Origin: Patescibacteria group bacterium
GTDB taxonomy: Bacteria > Patescibacteriota > Minisyncoccia > Phycocordibacterales > PALSA-1337
Length of the DNA: 47,229 nucleotides
Assembly: GCA_038064415.1 (NCBI GenBank)
Contig: JBBTTD010000001.1
Location: 79,738-126,966, forward strand
Direction: 5' to 3'
Positions 47,135 through 47,229 of the stretch are shown here, piece by piece; position 1 is the stretch's first letter, and each line of letters begins with the position of its first letter. The notes under the pieces were generated by a model. That model made no database searches, was not told the DNA's origin, and saw only the letters and a list, made by a program, of their open reading frames with translations. The translations under genes were made by a program, and so were the position numbers.

Positions 47135-47190
47135 CCGCCGATTTTTTCAAAAAAGAAAGCCAGAGCCCGCACGGATTCCTCCCCAGACCC
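47132..47190 (-). repeat. Right 59-bp inverted repeat of the cassette
   Basis: Begins with the protease TAG stop codon. Confidence 0.92.
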
Positions 47191-47216
47191 AGTATGAGAG
47201 AATCTACTGGGTTTTT
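47187..47216 (+). terminator. Intrinsic terminator overlapping the IR end
   Basis: ACCCAGTA-10 nt-TACTGGGT-TTTT. Confidence 0.6.
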
Positions 47217-47229
47217 GTATTTAGAATCG

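Larger units (their letters stand above)
43553..47190. mobile_element. tRNA-adjacent, IR-bounded defence cassette with no recombinase
   Basis: 59-bp IRs enclose XRE, REase, LexA-MTase and protease genes. Confidence 0.65.

Noticed and set aside
43439-47229. Classical integrase island with attL/attR
   Set aside because: No integrase and no duplicated tRNA 3-prime end in the window; either could lie beyond the edge

Overview
Chromosomal segment of a small-genome bacterium, most likely Patescibacteria/CPR (Parcubacteria-like). This is inferred from gene content and order; TGA is used as a stop, so the code is 11. About 43 kb is mostly core genes: grpE-dnaK-dnaJ, trpS-scpA-scpB-ftsW-murG, gltX, M23 and S41 peptidases, rpmA, rplI, corA, cysS, lysS-greA, mreB-mreC-PBP2, proS, rseP, frr, holB, a second mreB, murA, priA-def-fmt and hpf, plus a 1995-aa modular surface protein. 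Immediately after a tRNA-Asn is a ~3.6 kb defence cassette: XRE controller, TaqI-family endonuclease, a full LexA fused to a beta-class DNA methyltransferase, and a cytoplasmic trypsin-like protease. It is bracketed by 59-bp inverted repeats and contains no recombinase. The intergenic DNA is highly structured: two homologous elements with 36-bp perfect inverted arms and conserved loop motifs, an AGGT-N3-ACCT hairpin family, a GTCATTCCCGC REP-like family, 7/9/11-bp tandem repeats, a candidate sRNA, and many leaderless-type promoters. All calls come from reading motifs by eye; no searches were run.
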